A DNA stretch of 64,000 nt from Bacteroidota bacterium (GCA_031372705.1 JANMLV010000048.1:1417-65416); one strand, 5' to 3'. Shown: positions 1 to 9,961, counted from the first letter of the stretch. The notes: generated by a model not told the origin, from the letters alone. A program made the numbers and translations.

Positions 1-452
1 ATTACTCGTGTTATGTTAAAAGCTTCATCAACTTCTGCCACACCAAAATCGCGGGGGTCATCCACTTTTTTTAATCCTAATGCTGAACCCGGCATTTCAA
101 TTACTGATTCGATGTCTGCTTCAAAAATGGTGTCACCCAAAACAATAAAAATCGGCTCGCCTATTTCTACAAAATCTTTGGTAAGATAAATGGCATGACC
201 TAACCCTTCACGCTTATTTTGTATAACAAATTTAGTGGATAAATCGGGGTAGGTTTCGCGAACAAATGCTTCTATTTTTTCACCCAAATAGCCAATCACA
301 AATATAAATTCTTTGCATCCTGCCTTTACCAATCGATCAATAATAAAACCTAGTATTGGTTTGCCTGCAACCGGTATTAATGGTTTTGGCTGTGAATAGG
401 TATGAGGCCGCAAGCGTGTTCCCACACCGGCTACCGGAATAATCACTTTCAT
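1..452 (-). CDS. sugar-phosphate nucleotidyltransferase (NTP_transferase family), N-terminal part; the 3' end lies beyond the window start
   Basis: My own reverse translation from the ATG at 452..450 gives MKVIIPVAGVGTRLRPHTYSQPKPLIPVAGKPILGFIIDRLVKAGCKEFIFVIGYLGEKIEAFVRETYPDL. It carries the G-x-G-T-R-L-x-P signature of RmlA/GalU-like enzymes. It is missing from the ORF track because the window edge cuts it. Confidence 0.8.
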   Translation of the reverse strand, partial: MKVIIPVAGVGTRLRPHTYSQPKPLIPVAGKPILGFIIDRLVKAGCKEFIFVIGYLGEKIEAFVRETYPDLSTKFVIQNKREGLGHAIYLTKDFVEIGEPIFIVLGDTIFEADIESVIEMPGSALGLKKVDDPRDFGVAEVDEAFNITRV

Positions 453-650
453 TTTGTAGAATTAAAACACAAAGGTAAAGGTTCCTTTAAAACTTTGGTT
501 ATTGACAATTTTGGCGATTTTGTGACAAAAACTGAACAATTTAGCCACGAGATTGTAATTTTCATGCTTAAAACAACCTGTAATTTAAAATCTGTCGTAA
601 ATTTATAGGTTCAAAGAAGAGCAACTATTTTAAACGCATTACTATAAAAT

Positions 651-3416
651 ATGAAAAAACGTTTACTCCTCCTCGCCACAACAGTCTTAATTACTACTGT
701 CACGGCCTTTTCACAGGTTGTGATTAATGAGTATTCAGCTGCAAACTTTAGCGATATTGCCGACAATTACGGCGAGTTTGAAGATTGGATTGAGTTGTAT
801 AATGCCGGAGCAACCAGTGTCGACTTATCCGGATACCACTTAAGTGACAACGATACTGACCCTACAAAGTATACCATTCCTTCAGGTGTGAGCATTTCAG
901 CAGGTGGGTTCTTGCGCTTTTGGTGTTCAAATCGCAACACTGCAGTTGGCACAAATTATCATACTAGTTTCAAGCTAACTCAAACTACGGGTTCGGAAGA
1001 AGTAGTATTTGCCGATGCTGCCGGGGTTGTTATTGATGTTCAAGCAATTAATGACGCTAACCAAACCAACCACAGCTGGGGGCGTTCGCCAAATGGTGGT
1101 CCCGATTGGAGAATTTATACGGACCCAACACCCAATACTTCTAACTCGACTCCAACTAAATTAGCTTATGCTAAAAAGCCGAATATGGAACCTAACGCAG
1201 GCAATTTTGCCGGTTCTGTAACGGTTACAATTACAGTTGAAGAGCCAAACATGACCATTCGGTATACTACAAATGGTAATCTGCCAACAGCAGCCTCAAC
1301 TATTTATACAGGTCCAATTACTATAAGCGAAACTTCTGTTTTAAGAACTATTGCTTTTCCTTCATCTACAGATACCTTATTGTCGCTTTGTTCAACCAAT
1401 ACTTACTTTATTGACGAACCGACTACCATGCCGGTTATTTCAGTTGCAGGTGATGAAGTTGACGATTTATTGAATGCACTCGGTTGGGGATTAGAACCCG
1501 TTGGTTCATTCGAATTGTTTGATAAAGATTATAATTTAATTGACGAAGCAGTTGGCACTTACAATGAACACGGAAACGATTCATGGGCTTACGACCAACG
1601 TGGTTTCGATTACATTGTTCGCGATCAATTTGGTTATGATAATGATATAGATCACGAGTTTTTTGGAGATGTTACCGATAGAACCGGATACCAAAGATTG
1701 ATTTCCAAAGCAGGTGCAAACGATAATTATCCTTCATCGGATGGTGGTGCGCACGTGCGTGATGCATTTGTTCATCATATAGCACAATTGGATGATCACG
1801 AATTAGATGAACGTTCTTCGTTCTTTAATATATTATATGTAAACGGCGACTATTGGGGTGTTTATGATACACGTGAAAAAGCAGATGATGCTGATTATAC
1901 CGATTATTATTACGACCAAGGCGAGTATGAAATGGATTATATTAAATGTTGGGGTAGCACTTGGGCAGAATACGGAACTATGGCACCTTGGAGTCCTTTC
2001 GTAACATTTGTAACAACTAACGACATGACCATAGCTGCCAACTATGATTATGTTACCGACAATTTAAACACACTTAGTTTAATTGATTACGTATTAGTTA
2101 ATACTTTTTCAGTTTGTTCCGACTGGCTGAACTGGAATACTGCTTGGTGGAGAGGGTATGATCCAACGGGCGGCGCATTACAATGGCGTTATGTTTTATG
2201 GGATGAAGATGCAACTTTCGGTCACTATATTAATTATACCGGAATTCCGGATGATTCACCAACTGCAGATCCTTGCGATCCGCTTTCATTAGGTGGTGTT
2301 GACCCGAACGGACATATTGATATTGTAAATGCATTAATGGATAACGAAGATTTCTTGGATGATTATATCAATCGTTTTGCCGACATGATTAATACTACAT
2401 TTGATTGTGAAGTGATATTAGGCAGATTGGATAGTTTCCGCGCGGTTATTGACCCGGAAATGAAGCGTCATATTGATCAATGGGGTGGAAGTTATAGCGA
2501 ATGGAGTACCAATTATGATGAACTGCGCGCATTTATTGAAGAGCGTTGCGCATTTTTACCGGGTGGAGTTGAAGACTGTTTCGATGTGGAAGCGTTTGGC
2601 GTTGTAGTTCAAATTGAACCTGCGGGCAGTCCGAATAACGTTAAAGTAAATACTATTATTCCTACTTATTATCCGTTCCCGGCAACCTATTTCAGTGGAA
2701 CCGATTTAGGATTTAAAGCTATTCCTGATGCTGCATATACTTTTGATCATTGGGAATTTTTAAACCATACACCGCTTCCGGGAATTACTGAAGATTCGGT
2801 TACTGTTTCCTTAACAATGGGTGATACAGTTACTGCATGGTTCATTGGCAGCGAATTGCCATTGTATGATTTTACATTAGATGTATTTCCTCCGGGTTCA
2901 GGAACTGCTTCTATTGAGGCATTTTTACCGGGAACCTATCCTTACGCAGGAGCATACGAAAGTGGCACTATGGTCGATTTAATTTCAACGGCTAACCCCG
3001 GATTTATTTTCGACTATTGGGAATTGGAAAATCACATTGCTAACCCTGATCCATTTACAAATACCATCTTCTTTACACTATCAGATATAGAAAACGCAGT
3101 GGCGCATTTCCGACTTATGAATGATGTTGAAGATGCACAAGTTAATATTGGTTTAGATGTTGCGCCTTCAGTTACCAGTGGACAAATAACTATTAATTAT
3201 CAATTGAGTAATTATCAGGAAGATGTTCATTTAGACTTGTATTCAGTAACAGGGCAATTAATTGCATCGCTAAATCAAGCATCTGTATCAGGTGCTCAAG
3301 GTGAACATCAAGTAGTTATTAACTTGAATGATTATCGCTTAGCAGATGGCATGTATTTTGTGAAATTAACTGCCGGCAATATGTCGCAGAACGAAAGGGT
3401 GATATTGAATCATTAA
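651..3416 (+). CDS. secreted LTD (lamin-tail-like) + CotH-family protein with a T9SS C-terminal sorting domain
   Basis: 921-aa ORF with signal peptide MKKRLLLLATTVLITTVTAFSQ. LTD-like N-terminus (VVINEYSAAN...DWIELYNAGATSVDLSGYHLSD). CotH-like central blocks (YVNGDYWGVYDTREK, RYVLWDEDATFG). The C-terminal ~80 aa look like a T9SS type-A sorting domain (GQITINYQL...GMYFVKL). Confidence 0.75.
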   Translation: MKKRLLLLATTVLITTVTAFSQVVINEYSAANFSDIADNYGEFEDWIELYNAGATSVDLSGYHLSDNDTDPTKYTIPSGVSISAGGFLRFWCSNRNTAVGTNYHTSFKLTQTTGSEEVVFADAAGVVIDVQAINDANQTNHSWGRSPNGGPDWRIYTDPTPNTSNSTPTKLAYAKKPNMEPNAGNFAGSVTVTITVEEPNMTIRYTTNGNLPTAASTIYTGPITISETSVLRTIAFPSSTDTLLSLCSTNTYFIDEPTTMPVISVAGDEVDDLLNALGWGLEPVGSFELFDKDYNLIDEAVGTYNEHGNDSWAYDQRGFDYIVRDQFGYDNDIDHEFFGDVTDRTGYQRLISKAGANDNYPSSDGGAHVRDAFVHHIAQLDDHELDERSSFFNILYVNGDYWGVYDTREKADDADYTDYYYDQGEYEMDYIKCWGSTWAEYGTMAPWSPFVTFVTTNDMTIAANYDYVTDNLNTLSLIDYVLVNTFSVCSDWLNWNTAWWRGYDPTGGALQWRYVLWDEDATFGHYINYTGIPDDSPTADPCDPLSLGGVDPNGHIDIVNALMDNEDFLDDYINRFADMINTTFDCEVILGRLDSFRAVIDPEMKRHIDQWGGSYSEWSTNYDELRAFIEERCAFLPGGVEDCFDVEAFGVVVQIEPAGSPNNVKVNTIIPTYYPFPATYFSGTDLGFKAIPDAAYTFDHWEFLNHTPLPGITEDSVTVSLTMGDTVTAWFIGSELPLYDFTLDVFPPGSGTASIEAFLPGTYPYAGAYESGTMVDLISTANPGFIFDYWELENHIANPDPFTNTIFFTLSDIENAVAHFRLMNDVEDAQVNIGLDVAPSVTSGQITINYQLSNYQEDVHLDLYSVTGQLIASLNQASVSGAQGEHQVVINLNDYRLADGMYFVKLTAGNMSQNERVILNH

Positions 3417-3442
3417 GATTTATTTTTATAATACTATTTATA

Positions 3443-3472
3443 AGGCTGTCATATTTATGGCAGCCTTTTTTT
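3443..3472 (+). terminator. rho-independent terminator after the CotH-like gene
   Basis: Hairpin aggctgtcat-attt-atggcagcct followed by a T7 run, 27 nt after the stop codon. Confidence 0.7.
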
Positions 3473-3529
3473 GTTTAATAGGTAATTGTAGCTTGCCTTT
3501 ATTTATTTTTGTATCATCAAACTAATTAT

Positions 3530-4804
3530 ATGCAAAGAGACACAGCAGTATTCGACATTATTAATAAAGAATTAGAACGTCAAACCGAAGGGATTGAACT
3601 TATTGCCAGCGAAAATTTTGTAAGCGATCAGGTTATGGAAGCTATGGGAAGCTGCATGACTAATAAATACGCAGAAGGATATCCCGGCAAACGGTATTAT
3701 GGTGGATGTGAATTTGTTGACCAAACCGAACAATTGGCAATTGACCGCGTAAAGCAATTGTTTGGCGCAGAATATGCTAACGTTCAACCTCATAGCGGTG
3801 CGCAAGCTAATGCAGCGGTTATGCTTGCATGTTTGAATCCGGGCGATAAACTTTTAGGATTTAATCTTTCTCACGGAGGGCATCTTACTCATGGCAGTCC
3901 GGTAAACTTTTCAGGAAAATTATATAGTCCGGTTTTTTATTCGGTTGAAGAAGCTACCGGTTTAATTGATATGGATAAAGTGGAAGCCATTGCAAAAGCT
4001 GAAATGCCAAAATTGATTATTGCCGGCGCAAGCGCATACGCAAGAGATTGGGATTATGCTCGTTTCCGCGCAATTGCCGATAGTGTTGGAGCCATTTTGT
4101 TGGCAGATATTTCGCACCCTGCCGGTTTAATAGCAGCCAAATTATTAAATGACCCAATGCCGCATTGTCATATTGTTACAACAACAACGCATAAAACGTT
4201 GCGCGGTCCGCGTGGTGGTTTAATTATGGTGGGAAAAGATTTTCCTAACCCTTGGGGACAAACCACACCAAAAGGAGAAGTTAAAATGATGAGCACCATT
4301 TTAGATAGTGCCGTTTTTCCGGGAACTCAAGGTGGTCCGCTCGAACATGTTATTGCTGCAAAAGCTATTGCATTTGGTGAAGATTTAAGTGAAAGTTATG
4401 TTGGATATTGCAAACAAGTTATTGCTAATGCGCAAGCTATGGCCAATGCATTTGTAGCAAAAGGATATAAAATTATTTCAGGTGGTACAGATAATCATTT
4501 AATGCTAATTGATTTACGCAATAAAAATATTTCGGGCAAAAAGGCGGAAGCATTATTGGGTGCAGCACATATAACAGTAAATAAAAATATGGTGCCTTTT
4601 GATGATAAATCACCATTTGTTACCAGCGGAATTAGAATTGGAACTCCAGCAGTTACAACTCGCGGCATGAAAGAAGCCGACATGGTTAAAATTGTTGAAT
4701 GGATAGATAGATTAATTGTTGCGCCTGAAGATGAGGCAGTTATTACTGCAGTTAGAAATGAAGTAACTGCATTTGCAAAAACATTTAAATTGTTTGCTTA
4801 TTAA
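3530..4804 (+). CDS. glyA: serine hydroxymethyltransferase
   Basis: Full-length match to the SHMT pattern ([23 protein letters not shown]-lysine block [14 protein letters not shown]). The track ORF starts at a TTG (3509); I prefer the ATG at 3530 (MQRDTAVFD). Confidence 0.95.
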   Translation: MQRDTAVFDIINKELERQTEGIELIASENFVSDQVMEAMGSCMTNKYAEGYPGKRYYGGCEFVDQTEQLAIDRVKQLFGAEYANVQPHSGAQANAAVMLACLNPGDKLLGFNLSHGGHLTHGSPVNFSGKLYSPVFYSVEEATGLIDMDKVEAIAKAEMPKLIIAGASAYARDWDYARFRAIADSVGAILLADISHPAGLIAAKLLNDPMPHCHIVTTTTHKTLRGPRGGLIMVGKDFPNPWGQTTPKGEVKMMSTILDSAVFPGTQGGPLEHVIAAKAIAFGEDLSESYVGYCKQVIANAQAMANAFVAKGYKIISGGTDNHLMLIDLRNKNISGKKAEALLGAAHITVNKNMVPFDDKSPFVTSGIRIGTPAVTTRGMKEADMVKIVEWIDRLIVAPEDEAVITAVRNEVTAFAKTFKLFAY

Positions 4805-4817
4805 TTTTTTTTAAATT

Positions 4818-5747
4818 ATGAAATACGTAATTCTATTTATTGGTATACTGATATCTACAACTAATACTTTTGCACAAACCGGTTGTATTAGCGGTAATTG
4901 TGAAAAAGGAACAGGAACCTATAAATGGGATAATGGCGATATCTATATCGGTAAGTTTAAGAATAGCCAAAAAAATGGTAAAGGCAATTTTAAATTTGCA
5001 ACCGGCGATTATTTCGTTGGTAGTTTTAAGGATGATGATTACAGTGGAAAGGGCGTTTACACATTTGCAAACGGCAGCTCTTATACAGGCACATTTGTGA
5101 AAGGTGCCTATACCGGAAAAGGTGTTTTTAAATATGCTAATAAAGATGTTTATACCGGCGAATTTCTCAACAATAACAAGGAGGGAAAAGGCGTATATAC
5201 TTTTGTTGATGGCATGCAGTATACCGGCACATTTAAAAATGATTTGTATAATGGAAAAGGTGTTTTAAAGTATACCAATGGCGATTTATATACCGGCGAA
5301 TTTTTAAATGGTGAACTAAACGGTAAAGGAGTTTTTAAAATGAAAAGCGGTGAAACATATACCGGCATGTTTGCAAGTGGCAAATACAGCGGGTTTGGCA
5401 TTTACACTTATTCTAATGGCGATAAATACGAAGGTAATTTCATTAACAACCTTTTAAATGGATACGGCACTTACTACTTAGCCGATGGTTCAGTATACAT
5501 AGGCAATTTTAGAGATGGCGTTTACGATGGCGAAGGGGTTTACACTTTTAAATCAGGTGATGTTTACTCAGGAACATTTGTTAAAGGGAATTATAATGGA
5601 AAAGGAACTTTCGTATACGCAAATGGCGATAGATATGAGGGTAGCTTTGTAAACAGCAAAAAAGATGGTTACGGAGTTTATACGTTCAAAGATGGTTCGG
5701 TAATGGATGGCCGTTGGAGTAAAGATGAGTTTTTAGGAACAAAATAA
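4818..5747 (+). CDS. secreted MORN-repeat protein
   Basis: Signal peptide followed by about 12 consecutive 23-aa MORN units (Y.G.F.....GKG...Y.NGD.Y.G.F). Confidence 0.85.
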   Translation: MKYVILFIGILISTTNTFAQTGCISGNCEKGTGTYKWDNGDIYIGKFKNSQKNGKGNFKFATGDYFVGSFKDDDYSGKGVYTFANGSSYTGTFVKGAYTGKGVFKYANKDVYTGEFLNNNKEGKGVYTFVDGMQYTGTFKNDLYNGKGVLKYTNGDLYTGEFLNGELNGKGVFKMKSGETYTGMFASGKYSGFGIYTYSNGDKYEGNFINNLLNGYGTYYLADGSVYIGNFRDGVYDGEGVYTFKSGDVYSGTFVKGNYNGKGTFVYANGDRYEGSFVNSKKDGYGVYTFKDGSVMDGRWSKDEFLGTK

Positions 5748-5780
5748 AAAGGTTAGAACACTTGCTGTTCAAATATTATT

Positions 5781-5822
5781 AACCCGACAAATGAAGATAA
5801 TTCTATTAGTCGGGTTTTTTTT
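5781..5822 (+). terminator. rho-independent terminator after the MORN gene
   Basis: Stem aacccgac / gtcgggtt with a 20-nt loop, then a T8 run. Confidence 0.6.
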
Positions 5823-6164
5823 AAAGTTTAGTTTAGGAAAATAATTGTTCACAAACACGGTAATTTTTCTTGTAATTAAAATCTTTAAAGTTGCCACAAA
5901 GACTCAAAGAAAATCGAAGTTACACGAAGTTGTAATAATGATTATATTGCAATGTGAATGATGTGTTATGTTTTGTTGATTTTGAACTTAGAGTGGGTTT
6001 CTTCTGCGTTCCGATGCAATTGGAATTCCATTTACCAGGCTGAATAAACTGACCTACCGGCTGAGTAGACAGGAGAAACAAATACGCTATCCTTTACAAA
6101 ACATTTTAAACTACTGAAAATTGGAGATATTAGTAAGAATTACATTCCAACTCATCATTTAATT

Positions 6165-6204
6165 TTTGTTCAATTTTGCTCAATCCTTTTAAATTTTGTT
6201 CAAT
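6165..6204 (+). repeat. phased decamer array A (TTTGTTCAAT TTTGCTCAAT ccttttaaat TTTGTTCAAT)
   Basis: Read directly from the sequence. Units sit head-to-tail with an exact 10-bp period, about 20 nt downstream of the hflX stop. Confidence 0.9.
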
Positions 6205-6224
6205 CCCCCTCGAAACCGTTACGC

Positions 6225-7409
6225 TTAAAAAAACTCAGTCTTATAAGGATACCTGATTTGATATTGCTCCTTTACAATATCGGTAAGCATATTTCTTAGC
6301 TCTTCAATATTGTCTTTTTCTGTCGCAGAAATAAATACACAATGCGCATTCGATTTTTGCATCCAAGTGTTGCGCAGTTCATTTAATATATCAATTTTAA
6401 TGTCGTTGGGAAGGTATTTGTCAAAAGTTCTTTTTTCGTACAAATCCATCTTGTTGAAGATAATAATACAAGGTTTTTCTGCCGCTTCTAATTCTTTTAG
6501 TGTTTCATTTACCACCCGAATTTGGTCTTCAAATGCAGGATGCGCAATGTCTACAACGTGTAATAAAATATCGCTTTCGCGAACTTCATCTAAAGTAGAT
6601 TTGAAGCTTTCAATTAAATGATGGGGCAACTTGCGAATGAATCCTACCGTATCGCTTAATAAAAATGGTGTGCGGTCAAGCACTACTTTGCGAACTGTTG
6701 TATCTAGTGTTGCAAATAATTTATTTTCAGCAAATACTTCACTTTTGCTCAGCACATTCATTAAAGTAGATTTACCAACGTTGGTGTAACCCACAAAAGC
6801 AACGCGAATTAATTCACCTCTATTTTTGCGCTGAGTTTCATTTTGTAAACCGATTTTAAGTAATTTCTCTTTAAGCAACGCGATTTTTTGCTGTGCTACG
6901 CGACGGTCAGTTTCAATTTCTTTCTCACCGGAACCGCGCATACCAATACCACCTTTTATACGGTCTAAATGCGACCATAACCCTTTTAATCGAGGAAGCA
7001 TGTATTGCGTTTGTGCGAGTTCCACTTGCGTTTTTGCTTGCACGGTTTGAGCCCTTGTGGCAAAAATGTCCAGAATAAGCATACTGCGGTCCACAATTTT
7101 AATTTTGAGTTCCGCTTCAATATTCCGCAGTTGCGAAGGTGATATTTCATCATCAATCACAACCAGGTCGATATTGTTATCTTCAACAAACTTTTTTATT
7201 TCTTCCAGTTTTCCCTTTCCAACATAGGTTCTATGGTCGGGATGCAATAGTTTCTGGTAAAATGTAGAAATAGTTATTGCACCTGCGGTTTCGACCAAAA
7301 ACTCTAATTCTGCGAGGTATTCGTTAAGCTGTTCAAGGGTTTGGTCTTTGGTAACCAAACCGATTAATACTGCCCGTTCTTTTTTATTCGTTTCTATTAA
7401 ATGAGCCAT
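6225..7409 (-). CDS. hflX: GTPase HflX
   Basis: HflX N-terminal domain plus G domain (GYTNVGKSTLMN, DTVGFI, NKMD). The track ORF starts at a GTG (7442); I prefer the ATG at 7409 (MAHLIETNKKERAVLIGL). Confidence 0.9.
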   Translation of the reverse strand: MAHLIETNKKERAVLIGLVTKDQTLEQLNEYLAELEFLVETAGAITISTFYQKLLHPDHRTYVGKGKLEEIKKFVEDNNIDLVVIDDEISPSQLRNIEAELKIKIVDRSMLILDIFATRAQTVQAKTQVELAQTQYMLPRLKGLWSHLDRIKGGIGMRGSGEKEIETDRRVAQQKIALLKEKLLKIGLQNETQRKNRGELIRVAFVGYTNVGKSTLMNVLSKSEVFAENKLFATLDTTVRKVVLDRTPFLLSDTVGFIRKLPHHLIESFKSTLDEVRESDILLHVVDIAHPAFEDQIRVVNETLKELEAAEKPCIIIFNKMDLYEKRTFDKYLPNDIKIDILNELRNTWMQKSNAHCVFISATEKDNIEELRNMLTDIVKEQYQIRYPYKTEFF

Positions 7410-7553
7410 TATAGGCAAAGGTAGTTCAAATTCCGGCACCACTGTGTTTTACGATAAGCAAATGATACGCAGGTTTCGCTATTTTTGTCGCGCCAACAAC
7501 CATTTATTGGCAAACGGGTGTAAAAACTCAATTTTTAGCATAAAAGAAACAAA

Positions 7554-8438
7554 TTGATACAATATTTACGACATAAGGAAATTGATTTTGAAAAATGGGA
7601 CGCATGTATCAATAATGCACTTAATGGCTTGCCATATGCTTATTCATGGTATTTAGATATTGCAGCAGAAGGCCAATGGAGCGCAATAATAATCGACGAT
7701 TATGCAGCGGTGTTTCCAATTCCCTTTAAAAATAGAATTGTATACAAACAAATTTATCAGCCGTTTTTTGTGCAGCAATTGGGCTTGTTTTATACTGATT
7801 TAAAATATGCAAATCGGGTTGCTGATTGTTTTTCGGCAATTCCATCGGTATTTAAAAAAATTAATTTGCAATTAAATACCAACAACCTGATTGAAGAACA
7901 TGCGCTTAAGGTGAAGTATAAAATTACCCATCATATCAACTTAAACGTTGGATACGAAGCAATAAATGCCGCGTATAGTTCTGATAGGAAACGGAACTCA
8001 AAAAAGGCAACCTCAGCCGGCTTGCAAGTTGTAAATTTAAATGGTGTTGCTGAACTGATTCAATTTCGACGTAAATACTTAGCTGCAGAATTAAATGGCG
8101 TACAAACAGATAAGGACCTACATCGCTTGCAGCAACTACTTGAAAAAGCAATTAAGTTAGAAAAGGGTTTTGCAAAAGGCGTGGTAGACGGAAGTGACAA
8201 TTTATTAGCGATTGCATTTTTTTTACAAACTAACAAGTTTTTAATTTATTTATCGGCAGTATCATCAACCGAAGGAAGAGAGAAACGCGCGATGCCTGTA
8301 TTAATTGATAGTATTCTGCAGAATTACGCAAATGCTAACCTCATTTTCGATTTTGAAGGCTCTATGATTCCCGGTTTAGCACAGTTTTATAGAAGTTTTG
8401 GTGGTGTTGAAGTTCAGTTTCCTGTTGTGCAGAAATAG
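7554..8438 (+). CDS. hypothetical protein, possibly a GNAT-fold / FemAB-like acyltransferase
   Basis: 294-aa ORF with a TTG start and no ATG alternative. The size and the C-terminal pattern (...IYLSAVSS.EGRE..A...LIDSILQ......IFDFEGS...GLA.FYRSFG) resemble FemAB/BioF2-like GNAT proteins, from memory only. Confidence 0.4.
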   Translation: MIQYLRHKEIDFEKWDACINNALNGLPYAYSWYLDIAAEGQWSAIIIDDYAAVFPIPFKNRIVYKQIYQPFFVQQLGLFYTDLKYANRVADCFSAIPSVFKKINLQLNTNNLIEEHALKVKYKITHHINLNVGYEAINAAYSSDRKRNSKKATSAGLQVVNLNGVAELIQFRRKYLAAELNGVQTDKDLHRLQQLLEKAIKLEKGFAKGVVDGSDNLLAIAFFLQTNKFLIYLSAVSSTEGREKRAMPVLIDSILQNYANANLIFDFEGSMIPGLAQFYRSFGGVEVQFPVVQK

Positions 8439-8552
8439 AATACGGCTTTGTAGCAGATTAATTTTAAGTATAATCTGTTTATGTCCTCAAATTTCGCTCT
8501 CCCGATTGTTTCGAGATTGGCAATTATTTTCAATAACGGATTTAATTTTTTT

Positions 8553-8582
8553 ATTGAGCAAAATTGAGCAAAATTGAACAAG
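8553..8582 (-). repeat. phased decamer array B, inverted orientation (ATTGAGCAAA ATTGAGCAAA ATTGAACAAG)
   Basis: Reverse complement of the TTTG[CT]TCAAT unit, three units at an exact 10-bp period. Confidence 0.9.
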
Positions 8583-8643
8583 ATTTAAGTGAGGTTGTGG
8601 AATTAAAATTTGTCCTTTTTTTATTATTAACTAGGAAAAATTT

Positions 8644-8706
8644 AATAATTGAAATCAATTTTGAACTTACCTGTCAACCCAAATTTTGTTCAATTTTGCT
8701 CAATCC
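8644..8706 (+). repeat. ~63-bp repeat copy 1 ending in decamer array C (TTTGTTCAAT TTTGCTCAAT at 8685-8704)
   Basis: aataattgaaatcaattttgaacttacctgtcaacccaaattttgttcaattttgctcaatcc; near-identical to the element at 8806-8886. Confidence 0.9.
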
Positions 8707-8805
8707 TCTCTAAGGTTGTTTTATTTTTTTAATTAAATAAAAACTTAGTGACGTTGCTATATCAAAATTTACCCTGCGATTTGCATTATTAAACAGAAGA
8801 TTTTG

Positions 8806-8886
8806 AATAATTGAAATAAATTTCAACCTTACCTGTCAACCCAAATTTTGCTCAATTTTGCTCAATCTTGTTCAATTTTGTTCAAT
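8806..8886 (+). repeat. ~63-bp repeat copy 2 extended by decamer array D (4 units, 8847-8886)
   Basis: aataattgaaataaatttcaaccttacctgtcaacccaaa followed by TTTGCTCAAT TTTGCTCAAT CTTGTTCAAT TTTGTTCAAT. It ends 24 nt before the comF stop codon. Confidence 0.9.
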
Positions 8887-8909
8887 TGGCTGTTCCAATC
8901 TCCCTCCCT

Positions 8910-9614
8910 TCACAACTCCGCAAACGCCACCGCAGCAATACTTACACTAACTCCCGGATGTTGTATCAACTTGACGGCACAAGCTTCCAATGTGGAACCG
9001 GTGGTAATTACATCATCAATTAATAAAATATGTTTATTCGGAATTAATTCGGGTTTCTTTACCTCAAAAATGTCTTTTACATTATCCCATCGTTCTAATC
9101 TCGATTTTTTTGTTTGGGTTTCGGTAAATAATGTTCGTTGCAGAATTTCGCCATCGTAATTTATATTTAACACTTCACCCAATCCCTCTGCAATAATACC
9201 ACTTTGGTTATAACCTCGTTTTATCATTTTATCAGGATGCAAAGGAACTGCTGTAATATAATCCACATCTCTAAATACTTGATATTGTAATAGGTGATAT
9301 CCCATTAAATTACCCAGTCGTAAACCAACATCTTTTCTGCCTTTATATTTTAATGCATGCATAACTTCCTGCAACCGTGAAGTTTTATGAAAATTGTACA
9401 TGGCTAAGGCCCGCTCAATAGGTACCTTCCCCCAAAATTTTTTTGCAACCGGATTGTCGGTATATAATACATGATCAGTTTTAGGTAAGCTGAGCTGACA
9501 TTTTAAGCAGAATACTTTTTCGTGTTTGTTCAACGCTTCCTGGCAGGCAGCGCAAAGTTTTGGATATATCACATTTGTGATGTCGCTTATAATATTAATT
9601 GGAAACATAGTCAT
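8910..9614 (-). CDS. comF: ComF-family phosphoribosyltransferase-domain protein
   Basis: N-terminal Cys-pair zinc-finger-like motif (CAACQE...CLKCQ) and the C-terminal PRPP-binding loop ILLIDDVITTGSTLEA. The start is taken at an internal ATG (MTMFPINII); the track ORF extends to 9692. Confidence 0.8.
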   Translation of the reverse strand: MTMFPINIISDITNVIYPKLCAACQEALNKHEKVFCLKCQLSLPKTDHVLYTDNPVAKKFWGKVPIERALAMYNFHKTSRLQEVMHALKYKGRKDVGLRLGNLMGYHLLQYQVFRDVDYITAVPLHPDKMIKRGYNQSGIIAEGLGEVLNINYDGEILQRTLFTETQTKKSRLERWDNVKDIFEVKKPELIPNKHILLIDDVITTGSTLEACAVKLIQHPGVSVSIAAVAFAEL

Positions 9615-9961
9615 CGTTTTTGTAGTAAGAAATAATTTGCGTAGGCTACCATTGCAACAACGTATTGGAGCAAATGATAGTGGAATAACCAATCACAACT
9701 TCGTGTTTAACGAGCCGGTTGTGATGGTGTTACCAATAAATAAGAAGTGTTTAATTTTACTTTAACGCTTCATTACACGCGTAATTCGGACTAACGATGC
9801 AAAGTATAAGCTAGTAAGCGGATAAGGTTTTTCCAAGAAAATGGAAACGGGTTTTGTTACATCACAGTAACCACAATTCAATCGACACATTTCATTTGTT
9901 TTTAAGGTGAATAATAAATTAAAAATATTAATTAACATTTTAATTTCCAAATTTCAGTCAT

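Noticed and set aside
402-608. 68-aa plus-strand ORF at the window start
   Set aside because: It overlaps the start of the nucleotidyltransferase gene on the other strand and the promoter region of the CotH gene. There is no supporting feature.
4870-5401. Alternative-frame ORFs inside the MORN gene (4870-5100 plus strand, 5150-5401 minus strand)
   Set aside because: These are by-products of the periodic 69-nt MORN repeat DNA. The MORN frame is the only one with a signal peptide and full-length continuity.
6031-6045. tttaccagg identical to a stretch of E. coli 4.5S (SRP) RNA
   Set aside because: The conserved downstream GGAA tetraloop and AGCAGCC region of SRP domain IV are absent, so the match is most likely coincidental.
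9762-9950. 62-aa minus-strand ORF between the hppD terminator and comF (contains CRLNCGYC)
   Set aside because: It is short, has no recognisable motif, and sits in AT-rich spacer DNA. It could be real, but I cannot support it from the sequence alone.
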